Positions 1-9,773 of a stretch of DNA of 64,000 nt are shown here, piece after piece; position 1 is the first letter of the stretch; every line of letters starts with the position of its first letter. A model generated the notes under the pieces. It did not search any database, was not told where the DNA came from, and saw only the letters and a program-made list of their open reading frames with translations. This DNA is from an uncultured Bacteroidales bacterium (GTDB taxonomy: Bacteria > Bacteroidota > Bacteroidia > Bacteroidales > GCA-2748055): NCBI GenBank assembly GCA_963753765.1, contig CAVWDQ010000006.1, forward strand, positions 65,297 through 129,296. The letters are read 5' to 3'. Position numbers and translations under genes: made by a program.

Positions 1-1289
1 AAATCGCCTGTATATGGACTCATAAGTGCCAGGTGCCCGCTGCCCATGCAAAAAGAACCCGTGAGCTCAGCACCTGTACCAAGGATCCCTTCCAGATGAA
101 AGCCGGTCCGGATGGGTGAAGGAGCGTGGCCCCGTGCCCTTCTCAGCACCATGGGAACATCTCTGATAAGCGTACTTACAGAGTCATCCACCCTCATGAA
201 GATCTCCCGGTTATAGGTGATAATTCCATCCAGATAAGTACTAAACTGTTCCCTGGCTCTTTCATTGGATATAAGAATTGGCTCATCCGAAAAATTCCCG
301 CTGGTCATAACCAGGGCAGCGGTGTCAAGCTTTTCGAAAAGCAGGTGATGGAAGGGCATGTATGGAAGCATCACTCCAAGGCTGGCCAGATTATCAGCGA
401 TCCCCCTGGTGATATCCCTGGTCCTTTTAAGCAATACAATGGGTCTTCTCCAGGAACTTAGCTCTTCCTCTTCGGCCTCACCGATCTCAACATAGAGCCG
501 GGCCTCCTCAATGCTCCTGAACATCAGGGCAAAAGGTTTCCCGTCGCGTTTTTTCATGCTCCTGAGTTTCGAAACTCCCAACTCACTGAACGCATTGCAT
601 ACCAGGTGAAATCCACCTGTTCCTTTAATTGCCAGAAGTGCATTGCCGGAAAGGAGCTCAGCGCTCTTTGCAAGAATCTCCCTGAGATCTTCCGTAACTC
701 CTCCTGCATACTCAAGCCTGTAGACCGGGCCACAATTGTTGCATGCCACCGGCTGGGCATGAAACCTGCGATCATTCACATCCATGTATTCCGAGCGGCA
801 CGTGGGACACATCTCAAAAGCATCCATGGTGGTATTGGGACGATCGTAGGGGAGATCGCGGATAATGGTAAACCTGGGGCCACAATGGGTGCAGTTGATC
901 AGGGGGTAGCCGATGCGGTGTTCCTGATTTTTCAAATCATCCAGACATTCGCTGCATACTGCAATATCGGGACTGATCTCAGTAATTGATCCGTTTACAT
1001 CGCGGCTCTCCCTGATCTCAAAAGAATCGTAGGGCTTAAAGGCGACCTTCCACATCTCCACTGATTCAATGGAAGCTGCTGCCGGAGCCTGGCTCAGAAG
1101 CTGTTCCCTGAAGCGGATAAGCTCTTCCTGCTTAATATTTACCTCCACAAGCACCCCGTCATTTCGGTTTTCGACCCACCCTTTCAGCTCAAGATCTCTT
1201 GCTATCCTGAATACAAAAGGGCGAAAGCCCACACCCTGTACAAGACCCTTAATTCCGATGCGGAAGGTTTCGGAACGCTGCTTAATCAT
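1..1289 (-). CDS. hypF: [NiFe]-hydrogenase maturation carbamoyltransferase HypF, N-terminal ~430 aa (3' end runs off the window)
   Basis: Absent from the ORF track because it is open at position 1. Minus-strand translation from the ATG (complement of 1287-1289) gives MIKQRSETFRIGIKGLVQGVGFRPFVFRIA..., an acylphosphatase-like domain. Two zinc-finger pairs follow (CSECLDDL...INCTHCGPRF; CPTCRSEY...VACNNCGP), then a YrdC-like block (LAIKGTGGFHLVCNA). The + strand ORFs 126-461, 606-989 and 1069-1296 are shadows of this gene. Confidence 0.9.
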   Translation of the reverse strand, partial: MIKQRSETFRIGIKGLVQGVGFRPFVFRIARDLELKGWVENRNDGVLVEVNIKQEELIRFREQLLSQAPAAASIESVEMWKVAFKPYDSFEIRESRDVNGSITEISPDIAVCSECLDDLKNQEHRIGYPLINCTHCGPRFTIIRDLPYDRPNTTMDAFEMCPTCRSEYMDVNDRRFHAQPVACNNCGPVYRLEYAGGVTEDLREILAKSAELLSGNALLAIKGTGGFHLVCNAFSELGVSKLRSMKKRDGKPFALMFRSIEEARLYVEIGEAEEEELSSWRRPIVLLKRTRDITRGIADNLASLGVMLPYMPFHHLLFEKLDTAALVMTSGNFSDEPILISNERAREQFSTYLDGIITYNREIFMRVDDSVSTLIRDVPMVLRRARGHAPSPIRTGFHLEGILGTGAELTGSFCMGSGHLALMSPYTGD

Positions 1290-1311
1290 TCTGTAATTTA
1301 AAAAGAAATAT

Positions 1312-2001
1312 CTATTTCAAATAAGAAGTGAGTCCCGGATGATCCAGGATGTCTATCCTTTTACCTTCGGTGCGGATGATTCCTTCACGGTTCAATTCAC
1401 TTATGGCGCGGCCGATGGAAGGCCGGGCCACTCCGAAGAGCTCGGATAGCTGAAATTGGGAGTGAGGAAGTATAAAACTGTTGGAAGCAGATTGCCTGGA
1501 GAGATCCAGAAGATACTGGGCCATCTTGCCTTTAATGGTGGTAAATGAAAGGAATTTGATCTTGTTTGATAAGAACTGTCCCCTGCTGGAGACAGCGTTC
1601 ACAAAATTCTCAAGTACTTTTTCACTCTTTTGGAGCATGATCAGAAAGCGATCACGCGGGATGGAGAGTATCACTGAATCCTCTGCGGTGCTTATATTGA
1701 CCGGGTAGTTGTTCTGAGTGCCGAAGAGGAAGGCGGGAGCCAGTGGGCGAACGGGATGAATATCTTCAATCTTGATCACCTTTCCCGTATAATCGACCAT
1801 CTCACCTTTCACACTTCCCTTTAAAAGAATATGGAGAAAAGCCACCTCATCACCCGCCTGGGCAATTAGTGCATCCCGGGCATAACTATGGATCCTACCC
1901 ATATGGCCGGAAAGTGCCAGGGAGATTTCAGTGGGGCTCATTCCCTTAAAAAGTGTACACTCTCCCAGGAATTCGATTATCCGTTCTTCTGACATGGACA
2001 T
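1312..2001 (-). CDS. Crp/Fnr family transcriptional regulator
   Basis: 229-aa ORF with an N-terminal cNMP-binding-like barrel (LFKGMSPTEISLAL...EVAFLHILLKGSV). The C-terminus is a Crp-type HTH (LSELFGVARPSIGRAISELNREGIIRTEGKRIDILD). Only 22 nt separate it from hypF on the same strand. Confidence 0.85.
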   Translation of the reverse strand: MSMSEERIIEFLGECTLFKGMSPTEISLALSGHMGRIHSYARDALIAQAGDEVAFLHILLKGSVKGEMVDYTGKVIKIEDIHPVRPLAPAFLFGTQNNYPVNISTAEDSVILSIPRDRFLIMLQKSEKVLENFVNAVSSRGQFLSNKIKFLSFTTIKGKMAQYLLDLSRQSASNSFILPHSQFQLSELFGVARPSIGRAISELNREGIIRTEGKRIDILDHPGLTSYLK

Positions 2002-2064
2002 ATGGATATAACTCCCCCTGACAAAAAAAGTTTACTTCCAGACCCGATACAACGAAATGACTTT

Positions 2065-2072
2065 TATCTTTG
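2065..2072 (+). promoter_or_regulatory. Candidate Bacteroidota -7 promoter box (TAnnTTTG)
   Basis: TATCTTTG lies 27 nt upstream of the ATG at 2099. No convincing -33 TTTG was seen. Confidence 0.3.
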
Positions 2073-2098
2073 TCCACTTCAATAGCAGATTATAACTT

Positions 2099-4325
2099 AT
2101 GATTTATAGCAGATGGAGCTATACCCTCCTGGGAGCGCTTCTCTCTCTTTTTTTGTTTAACTCCGCCAGCCTGGCTCAGGAGAGCTCTCACTGGGAAACA
2201 GTTATTATTCCCGGCAGACAGTGTCATTACCTGGTTCCTGGATCGCCTTTAGATCCTGCCTGGACTACAATCGGTTTTGACGACTCGGGATGGACAACAG
2301 GTACCGGTGGAGTGGGCTATGGAGATGATGACGATAATACCACCATCGACCCGGCTATTTCTGTGTACTGCCGGTATAACTTCACCCTGTCCAGTCCGGA
2401 AATTATCACCCATCTGCTCCTTGATATGGACTTCGACGATGCTTTCGTGGCCTATCTCAACGGTGTGGAGCTGGCCCGGTTTAATATGGGAGACTCCCTG
2501 AGTGTTACTGGCTGGGACCAGGCGGCCGACACACTTCAGGAAGCATCAGTTTACCAGGGTTTGCTTCCTCCAAGATTTACATTTGCTGATTCGATCATCA
2601 ATCTGCTGGTATCGGGAAACAATACCTTTGCCTTGGAGGTCCACAATGAATCCATCTCCTCATCTGATCTAAGCTCCAATCCCTACCTGCATGCCAGAGT
2701 TGAAGCTTCAGGCACCTATTTCCACGGCACTCCCGAATGGTTTTATCCGCCATTTCCGGAAGACAGTACTTTGCTTCCCCTGGTAGTGATCAATACCGAT
2801 GGTCAGCCGATTCCCATGGAACCCCGGATCACTGCTTCCATGAAACTGGTAGATAATCCACCGGGAATCTACAACTTCCCAGACGATCCCGGGAACGGAT
2901 ACGATGGACAGATATCCATCGAAATCAGGGGGGAATCCTCGGCCTGGTACTCTCCTAAAAAATCCTACAGTCTGGAAACTCAGACCGATCTGGGAGAAAA
3001 CAACAATGTGTCGCTGCTGGATCTTCCTCAGGAGAATGACTGGATACTCTATGGCCCCTATTTAGATAAGAGCCTGATTCGTAATGTACTCAGCTATCGT
3101 TTATTCGAGGAGATGGGACATTATTCACCCCGGACCCGTTTTGTGGAAGTGATCCTCAACAACGATTATCAGGGCGTCTATATTCTGACTGAAAAGATCA
3201 AGCGGGATAAGAACCGGGTCGATATGGCCAAACTACTTCCCACGGATATAAGTGGTGATGAACTAACGGGGGGCTACCTGCTGCGGATCGATAAACTGAC
3301 CGGTATGACTCCCGAGGAATACTGGGTCTCCCCGGTCATTCCACCTTATTCGGAATACCAGCCGGTCATCTTACCAGTATTTTGATCCCAAACCGGAGGA
3401 GCTCAACGATCTGCAACGATCTTACATCAAGGAACATATGCGGAATTCGAATCGGCACTTATCCAAAGATACTTCAAAGATCCTGACAAGGGATACCGCG
3501 CCTACCTGGATATCCCTTCCTTTGTGGATATGATGATCCTGAACGAATTTACCAAGGAGGTGGACGCATTCAGGCTCAGCCACTACTTCTATAAGCAGAA
3601 GGACTCCGATGGCGGGTAAACTGGTTACCGGACCGCCCTGGGACTACAACCTGACCTTTGGAAACAGTGACTATTAGCGAAGATATTCACCTGACTTATA
3701 ACTGGATATATGACCAGTCCCATAACCAGTCTACTGGTGGGCCAGGGTGATGGAGGACTCCTGGTTCAGGAATCAGCTGAGATGCCGTTGGGATGAGCTC
3801 CAGCTGCGGTACTTAAGCAGTCAGCACCTCCATGGGATCATAGACAGTACCCTGATGGTGATGGGTGAATCGATCGACAATAATTTCGATCGATGGCCCA
3901 TTCTGGGCACCTATGTATGGCCCAATAGTTTCGTGGGAGAAACTTATAGTGAAGAGGAGTGGTTCCTGCGAAACTGGATCGACGAGCGGCTGGAGTGGTT
4001 AGATGGCAAGTGGGGTGGACAGTGCTGGCCACTCGCGGACGAGGCCGAAGAGCATATTTCACTTCCGGATGCCAAACGCATCTACCCAAATCCTTCAGAC
4101 CTTTCCGCTACCTATGTGGACCTGAATGGCTTTGTTGAAGCAGAGCTGGGATTCAGGGTATATGATATGAACGGGAGGGTGGTACACCAGGATATGGCCC
4201 ACTATTCAGGCAGCGAGTTCACCTATGCCTTACCCGATCTCTCCTACCTTCCCAATGGGCTTTATACCTTGGAAATTGGCAATTCCAGTCAGGGCAGATC
4301 GGTGTTCAAGCTAATCAAGCAATAA
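2099..4325 (+). pseudogene. CotH kinase-family protein with T9SS C-terminal sorting domain, interrupted by >=5 frameshifts (possibly sequencing artefacts)
   Basis: Fragments are 2099-3385 (428 aa) and 3747-4325 (192 aa). It has a signal peptide (LLSLFLFNSASLAQE) and a CotH-like core (KKSYSLETQ; GPYLDKSLIRNVLSYRLFEEMGHYSPRTRFVEVILNNDYQGVYILTEKIKRDKNRVD). The 3386-3746 'gap' still reads in shifting frames as QYFDPKPEELNDLQRSYIKEHM / AEFESALIQRYFKDPDKGYRAYLDIPSFVDMMILNEFTKEVDAFRLSHYFYKQKDSDGG / KLVTGPPWDYNLTFGNSDY / EDIHLTYNWIYDQS. The C-terminus (IYPNPSDLSATYVDLNG...LYTLEIGNSSQGRSVFKLIKQ) looks like a Por/T9SS CTD. Confidence 0.8.
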
Positions 4326-4329
4326 GGAT

Positions 4330-5019
4330 TCAGAAGCTATAGGAATAGCCCATGACCATTACATGTAGCTGAATCGGATTGACTACATTAAACTCATCTT
4401 CCATGATATAACGGAGGGAAAAGCGGGAAGTGAAATTCAGCGAATACCTTATTCCCGCGGAGTACCTCATGCCAAAGGTCTGCCATTGTGATTCAATACC
4501 GGATCCATGCCAGCTCTCCAGCGAAGCAAACCAGTCGAACTTTGTCCCAAAGACATGCCGGGCCACCTTCAGCCTGTTCCGGTTCACCAGGGAATTCAAG
4601 CGCAGGTATCTGAAAGCCATGATCTCATCAAATCCATACTGAAGCCGCACTCGCAGGGAGAGGTCGAATCCTGACAAATCATATCCTCCCATGGCATCGA
4701 AATGCATCCTGTACCTGGTTCGTAGTTCCTGCTCCCCGTCCAAAGTAAAAATGATTCTGGCTCCTCCGGCCAGGCGAAGGTAATCCAGCAAATCATAGGA
4801 AGAGCCAAGGGTAATTAGTGTGCGACTGTACTGTGTACTATTGTTTTTGAAGCGCTGCTCAAGCTCTGCATTCAAATCCAGCTTTGCCGTAATCTTCTTG
4901 TCCATTTCCAGCTCCCACCAGGTCTGAAAATCCTGAAACTGCCCCTGAATATCATGGGTGACTAAGAAAAAGAAAAGAAAACAGCTAAGGGTATATTTGA
5001 GCCGGCTAATCGTCATCAT
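4330..5019 (-). CDS. Outer-membrane beta-barrel-like protein (DUF2490-like)
   Basis: The ORF is 4330-5154. The internal start MMTISRLKY... (5019) gives a signal peptide (LSCFLFFFLVTHDIQGQ). The sequence has an alternating amphipathic pattern and ends ...VMGYSYSF with a terminal Phe, typical of OM barrels. Family assignment is from memory of DUF2490 and is not verified. Confidence 0.5.
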   Translation of the reverse strand: MMTISRLKYTLSCFLFFFLVTHDIQGQFQDFQTWWELEMDKKITAKLDLNAELEQRFKNNSTQYSRTLITLGSSYDLLDYLRLAGGARIIFTLDGEQELRTRYRMHFDAMGGYDLSGFDLSLRVRLQYGFDEIMAFRYLRLNSLVNRNRLKVARHVFGTKFDWFASLESWHGSGIESQWQTFGMRYSAGIRYSLNFTSRFSLRYIMEDEFNVVNPIQLHVMVMGYSYSF

Positions 5020-5659
5020 CACCGCTCTGGTAGCCACTACCAGTATTCCTCCAATCCTGCTCAAAATAGAAGATATAGACCCTGGCTGCATCCCGCAGGT
5101 AATCGATCCGCTCAATCTCAATACGGTGGATGGGCAGACCGGTCCGCTCCACAAGATCCGCTATCATCTCGTCTCTCCTCTCGGGTTTGATCAGTTCAAT
5201 CTTTTCATAAAAGATCAGCTTCTTGCTCTCGGTCTTCAAAAGGTAGACCTTTTCAAGAAGGTAGGTGATAAGTACAATGGCTGCATTGGTAAGCAGAAGC
5301 TCTGCATAACTAACCCTCCTGTTGGCCAGGGAATTTATCACGGAAACACCGATTACCAGGAAAAGGTAGGTCATTTCACGGATGGGAATCTGCTGAGTTC
5401 TGTACCTGAGCATTCCGAATATGGCAAAGAGTCCCAGTGCAAATCCAATTTCAACACCCACATTTTCAAGCAGCATGATCATAAAGAACACGACTACACT
5501 TATGAGGATGTATGTGAAGAGGTACTCCTTTCTGGGAGTGATTCTGTAATAGAGAACCCTGACCAGGATCAGGACTACGAAGAGGTTAAATGTGGCGCGT
5601 ATAACCAGGTCCCAGAAATCCTCCCAGTTCATTAATTCGATATTCAGAAATTCAGGCAT
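5006..5659 (-). CDS. DUF4956-like polytopic membrane protein
   Basis: 217 aa with several TM helices (LFVVLILVRVLYY, YILISVVVFFMIMLL, IGFALGLFAIFGML). These are followed by a soluble tail (KIELIKPERRDEMIADLVERTGLPIHRIEIERIDYL). Its position directly downstream of a VTC-domain gene fits the known VTC/DUF4956 pairing. Confidence 0.6.
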   Translation of the reverse strand: MPEFLNIELMNWEDFWDLVIRATFNLFVVLILVRVLYYRITPRKEYLFTYILISVVVFFMIMLLENVGVEIGFALGLFAIFGMLRYRTQQIPIREMTYLFLVIGVSVINSLANRRVSYAELLLTNAAIVLITYLLEKVYLLKTESKKLIFYEKIELIKPERRDEMIADLVERTGLPIHRIEIERIDYLRDAARVYIFYFEQDWRNTGSGYQSGDDDD

Positions 5660-5666
5660 AATAGGT

Positions 5667-6460
5667 TTATTTTAGAGTTAGTTTGTACTGCTGGTTAAGC
5701 TGGTTGACCTTACGAACCTTACTTTTAAAGCGGTTCTGTTTTAGTCCGGAATGAAGCAGGGCCATGCCTATGGCATACTTACTGAAACGACTTGGTTTGA
5801 TGCGAAGCTTCCTCAGGGCTGCATGGAGAGATGAACCATGAAAGATGATCCTCATATTTGATTTCGGCAATGGCAACTCCCGGAAGGTCCAACTCTTCTC
5901 CATTCTCCTCACTTGCGAATTGCAACCCGTAATCAAGGGTTACGCGTTCAGTCTGGGCATAACTGACCAGGGTAATTCGCCGGAATTCATTTTGCATGGC
6001 CGAGTCTATTAAACTCCCTTCATAGGGAGAACAGGAGGCAAGAAATTCCTCCTCTTTCATCAGGATTTCCCGATCCATCCCGCTGGTTTTTACCCGCTTT
6101 TTAGTGGTAACTCCTTTTGCATTCTTCAATTTTACTTCCAGGAAATGAAGGGTTCCCGATCCATATCTCCGGATCCTGACCTTGTGCCGGTTTGCCAGGC
6201 CACGGTGATGCTTATGGTACATTTCCCGGCCATCGGTATCAAAGTAGCGGGTATGGTAATGCTGCGACCGGGATCCATCAATCTCCAGCACCCTGTAATC
6301 CTTACTTACCATTTCCAGGAGGGTAGACAAGATGCTCAATGCCGAACAGGTATTTTTTGTCCTTTCTGCGCATCAGACTGGCCCGGTTCACTTCCTCTAA
6401 GGTAATCCCTTCGAACTGATTCAGAATCTTTTCGAAATCAGTCCCGGTACTCATATTCAT
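5667..6460 (-). pseudogene. VTC-domain (CYTH/triphosphate-tunnel, 'polyphosphate polymerase domain') protein, two frameshifts
   Basis: The main fragment is 5779-6339 (YRVLEIDGSRSQHYHTRYFDTDGREMYHKHHRGLANRHKVRIRRYGSGTLHFLEVKLKNAKG). The N-terminus MNMSTGTDFEKILNQFEGITLEEVNRASLMRRKDKKYLFGIEHL is in another frame (6340-6460). The C-terminus ...LRKLRIKPSRFSKYAIGMAL is in the frame of ORF 5667-5936. Confidence 0.7.
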
Positions 6461-6863
6461 ATACTTTTCGCTTATAAAGCTTATCCCTGTTGTTAAAGTA
6501 CAGTTTCTCTACTTTTAAACCATCTGCATAGATGCTTTTTTCTGTTCTTTCAACTTTTCCTTTTTCATTCAGGAAAATCTCCTCCACAAGCCGGCCCTCT
6601 TCGTTATAGGCATATTTCTCCCACCTTTTCACCTCCCCCTTGCTATTGAACTCCTTAAGCTCGGTAAGATCGCCTCTATCATTGAATGCTTCGAAGGATT
6701 CAACCACAGGCTCGTCCATACCCTCTTCAATGAAATACTCCTGCACCGTCAGCGACGCGATCTTCTTTTCTTTAATGGTGGAAGTATTCTGTCCAGATAC
6801 AGTGGTGGCCATAATCAAAAACAAGGAGCACAAGAGGAATAATATCCTGGTTTTTATTTTCAT
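6438..6863 (-). CDS. Hypothetical secreted protein with short beta-hairpin-like repeats
   Basis: ORF 6438-6908. The start at MKIKTRILFLLCSLFLIMATTVSGQ gives a signal peptide. It contains repeated K/E-rich units (LKEFNSKGEVKRWEKYAYNEEGRLVEEIFLNEKGKVERTEKSIY). I recognise no family. Confidence 0.45.
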   Translation of the reverse strand: MKIKTRILFLLCSLFLIMATTVSGQNTSTIKEKKIASLTVQEYFIEEGMDEPVVESFEAFNDRGDLTELKEFNSKGEVKRWEKYAYNEEGRLVEEIFLNEKGKVERTEKSIYADGLKVEKLYFNNRDKLYKRKVYEYEYRD

Positions 6864-6873
6864 TGATCCAAAT

Positions 6874-7644
6874 TTATAGTTTTTGAATAACAATCTCACC
6901 AAGATCAACTACCTGATCCAGATCATTGATGCTTACTTCATACTCCATGGTCACTTTATCGGACTCTCCTGTTACATCATCGGAATAAAGAAATATCAGG
7001 TACTTACCCGGGATCAGTCCCCCGAATTCAAACACTCCCCCTGTCTGGGTACGAATGCGCTCGTCATAAAAAGTATGATTGTTATAGGTCAGGTAGATCT
7101 CCTGCTCGGTGGCATAATAGGTTTTCTCAATTACCAGGTTGGGGTAGGTGGAAGTATCCACATAGTCGATCACCTTCACCACTCCTTTGATCATGGCGGA
7201 TCCATCATCAAAATCCAGTGTGCTCAGCTTCTCCAGCTGGCCAAGCTTATGTTCCTCACCCCTGTCCAGTTCGACCTCATAGAGCTTTTCCTCATCCATA
7301 TTCAAAAGGGATGTTGAATCGTCCGAGATATAATATACCTGGTAAGACCCGGGATAGAGAAATTTGAACATGAATTGTCCCAGGTTATTGGTTCTCACCC
7401 TGGCCCCCAGATCCTCCTTGTTTCCGAACACAATAAAAATCTCCTCATCCACAGCAGGCTTCTCGTAGATCAATATGGAATAATCATCATTGTAAAACTG
7501 CTCCATAAGCGTACCGGAAATAGATCCGGTTCCACCCAGGCCCTCACTCTTTTCGCAGGAAAATGAAAGAAGAACAACTATAAATGATAAGGCTAATATG
7601 CGGAGACAGGAAACAGACTGTTTCCTCCTTATTTGATACAACAT
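6874..7644 (-). CDS. Hypothetical lipoprotein (carboxypeptidase-regulatory-like beta-sandwich suspected)
   Basis: ORF 6874-7725. The start at MLYQIRRKQSVSCLRILALSFIVVLLSFSC gives a lipobox. Segments such as NNLGQFMFKFLYPGSYQVYY and GGVFEFGGLIPGKYLIFLY resemble CarbopepD_reg-type folds. Confidence 0.45.
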   Translation of the reverse strand: MLYQIRRKQSVSCLRILALSFIVVLLSFSCEKSEGLGGTGSISGTLMEQFYNDDYSILIYEKPAVDEEIFIVFGNKEDLGARVRTNNLGQFMFKFLYPGSYQVYYISDDSTSLLNMDEEKLYEVELDRGEEHKLGQLEKLSTLDFDDGSAMIKGVVKVIDYVDTSTYPNLVIEKTYYATEQEIYLTYNNHTFYDERIRTQTGGVFEFGGLIPGKYLIFLYSDDVTGESDKVTMEYEVSINDLDQVVDLGEIVIQKL

Positions 7645-7765
7645 TCTCAGATTATTATTATACAACAGTTTCAAATATAACAAATTCCATAGCGCAATAA
7701 TGTCTGCTGTAACATATGTTACCAAATCTTAAGCTCCTTTAAGTGCATCTTTGTATTAGAAACCT

Positions 7766-8692
7766 ATGAATTTGATAGCTATGATACGAGAAATGGTCAA
7801 AATAGATGAGGACTTATGTGACGGATGCGGAGCCTGTATTCCCAATTGCCACGAAGGTGCATTGCAAATGATTGATGGAAAGGCCAGGCTGATCAGCGAC
7901 CTGATGTGCGACGGACTGGGTGCCTGCCTGGGCCATTGCCCCCAGGGTGCAATTACCATAGAAAAGAGAGAGGCAGAGCCCTATAATGAGACAAAGGTTA
8001 TGGAGATCATGGTGGAGAAGGGCGAAAATACAGTTGTTGCCCACCTGCAGCACCTGAAGGAGCATAATGAAATGGAATTTCTGAAGGAGGGTGTCCAATA
8101 CCTGAAAGATCATCAGTCGGAACTGAGTTTCAGTGTGGAGAAGGTCATGAGCAGGGTGCATCACGCTAAGGTCGAAGAGGAGCAACTGGCATGTGGTTGC
8201 GCCGGTTCCGAGGCGCGCAGTTTCAGCCCGCAGTCCATGGCTGGAGCCGGTATTCCGGCTGCTGGAACATTTACACTGGCTGGAGCTGGAGGAACAGTGG
8301 ATGAGCAGCCTTCAGAACTAAGGCAGTGGCCGGTCCAGATGCACCTGATCAATCCCGGGGCATCATACTTCAGGCAAACAGACCTGGTTCTTGCAGCCGA
8401 TTGTGTTGCCTTCTCACTGGGAAATTTCCACTCCAAATGGCTAAAGGGAAAAACACTGGCCATTGCCTGTCCCAAACTCGATTCGGGAATGGAGACATAT
8501 GTGGAGAAGATTAAGTCTCTGATAGATCAGGCAGAAATTAATACATTAACAGTGATGATGATGCAGGTTCCATGCTGCGGTGGTCTTTTACAACTGGTCA
8601 ATATGGCCGCTGGTCAGGCCGTAAGAAAAGTCCCAATTAAAAAAGTCATTGTAGGAGTGGAAGGAGAGATTCTGAGTGAGGAATGGGTTTGA
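7766..8692 (+). CDS. 4Fe-4S dicluster-domain protein with Cys-rich C-terminal domain
   Basis: It has two ferredoxin motifs (CDGCGACIPNC; CDGLGACLGHCP). The C-terminal block is LVLAADCVAFSLGNF...LAIACPKLD...MMMQVPCCGGL. Confidence 0.7.
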   Translation: MNLIAMIREMVKIDEDLCDGCGACIPNCHEGALQMIDGKARLISDLMCDGLGACLGHCPQGAITIEKREAEPYNETKVMEIMVEKGENTVVAHLQHLKEHNEMEFLKEGVQYLKDHQSELSFSVEKVMSRVHHAKVEEEQLACGCAGSEARSFSPQSMAGAGIPAAGTFTLAGAGGTVDEQPSELRQWPVQMHLINPGASYFRQTDLVLAADCVAFSLGNFHSKWLKGKTLAIACPKLDSGMETYVEKIKSLIDQAEINTLTVMMMQVPCCGGLLQLVNMAAGQAVRKVPIKKVIVGVEGEILSEEWV

Positions 8693-8728
8693 TGGGGAAC
8701 TACTTGTAATGATAACCTGGGAAGAAGG

Positions 8729-9715
8729 ATGAGTGGAGTACAAAAAAAACAGTTGTGGCTTCCCATTTCCGTAAGCCTTTTTATTCTCCTGTTGCTGATT
8801 CCTGTCCAGTTAAAGGTGGAAAATCCCATGCTGCTCCTGGAACGTTTTGTTCCGGGGGGAGGGTGGTTTGAAATTGTCGCCATAGCCATCTACGGAGCCA
8901 TCCTGGCCTGGCATATGCAGGACCCGGCTAAGGTACAGGCATGGAGAAGGTATAGCTGGCTTGCCTTTTCAATCGTATTCTTCTCCCAGCTGATCCTGGG
9001 ACTGCTTGGATTTGAAAAATTCCTGATGACCGGAAAACTGCACCTGCCGGTTCCCATGATGATCCTTGCCGGCCCCATTTACCGGGGTCACCTTTCCGTG
9101 ATGAGCATCCTCTTTGTGAGCACCCTGGTACTATCGGGCCCTGCCTGGTGCAGTCACCTGTGTTACTTCGGGGCCATCGATTCAATCAGCGCCAGGGGAA
9201 AAACCAGACCCACACCCATACGAAACAAGTGGGCGCTGAAATCCACGGTGCTTCTCCTCGTTATTGCCGGAGCCATTGTTCTTCGTTGGATGAAAGTCCC
9301 GGTGCTAACCGCCACCCTGCTGGCCATTGGTTTTGGTGTTGTTGGACTGGGAGTAATTCTGATGCTGTCAAGAAAAGAGGGCCGGATGGTTCACTGCACA
9401 GCTTACTGTCCCATTGGCACTATTGTAAACCTGACCCGCTTTGTTAATCCTTTCCGCCTGTCCATTGATAAGGACAGCTGTACTGAATGCATGGCCTGTA
9501 CTTCCAAATGTAAATATGATGCACTGAACCGGAAGGATATTCTGGCCCGTAAGCCCGGGATAAGCTGCACCCTCTGTGGCGATTGTCTCTCTTCCTGCCA
9601 TGCAGGGTCCATTCACTACCGATTCCCGGGACTTTCAAGCCGCAGTGCAAGGGCCCTCTACCTGCTTATTACCATTTCGCTGCACGCTGCCACCATGGCC
9701 CTGGCCCGGATCTGA
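8729..9715 (+). CDS. Polytopic membrane 4Fe-4S-binding protein (NapH/MauN-like architecture)
   Basis: 328 aa with about 6 TM helices. Cys motifs are CSHLCYFG, HCTAYCPIG, CTECMACTSKC and CTLCGDCLSSC. Confidence 0.65.
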   Translation: MSGVQKKQLWLPISVSLFILLLLIPVQLKVENPMLLLERFVPGGGWFEIVAIAIYGAILAWHMQDPAKVQAWRRYSWLAFSIVFFSQLILGLLGFEKFLMTGKLHLPVPMMILAGPIYRGHLSVMSILFVSTLVLSGPAWCSHLCYFGAIDSISARGKTRPTPIRNKWALKSTVLLLVIAGAIVLRWMKVPVLTATLLAIGFGVVGLGVILMLSRKEGRMVHCTAYCPIGTIVNLTRFVNPFRLSIDKDSCTECMACTSKCKYDALNRKDILARKPGISCTLCGDCLSSCHAGSIHYRFPGLSSRSARALYLLITISLHAATMALARI

Positions 9716-9773
9716 AGACTCTTTCTGGTCTGGATAAATTTCACTATTTTACAGGGATAGAAGAGGGGAACAC

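Noticed and set aside
1-2001. hypF plus Crp/Fnr as evidence for a hydrogenase gene cluster in this window.
   Set aside because: Only the 5' part of hypF is visible, and no hydrogenase structural or other hyp genes occur in the window. Any cluster would lie beyond position 1.
3386-3746. An apparent 360-nt non-coding gap in the ORF track between two CotH fragments.
   Set aside because: It is not intergenic. It translates into contiguous CotH-family sequence when five frame changes are allowed.
7728-7743. The inverted repeat CTTAA-N6-TTAAG upstream of the Fe-S gene pair as a Crp/Fnr box.
   Set aside because: The arms are only 5 bp and AT-rich, and the site does not match the FNR (TTGAT-N4-ATCAA) or CRP consensus. 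It could easily arise by chance.
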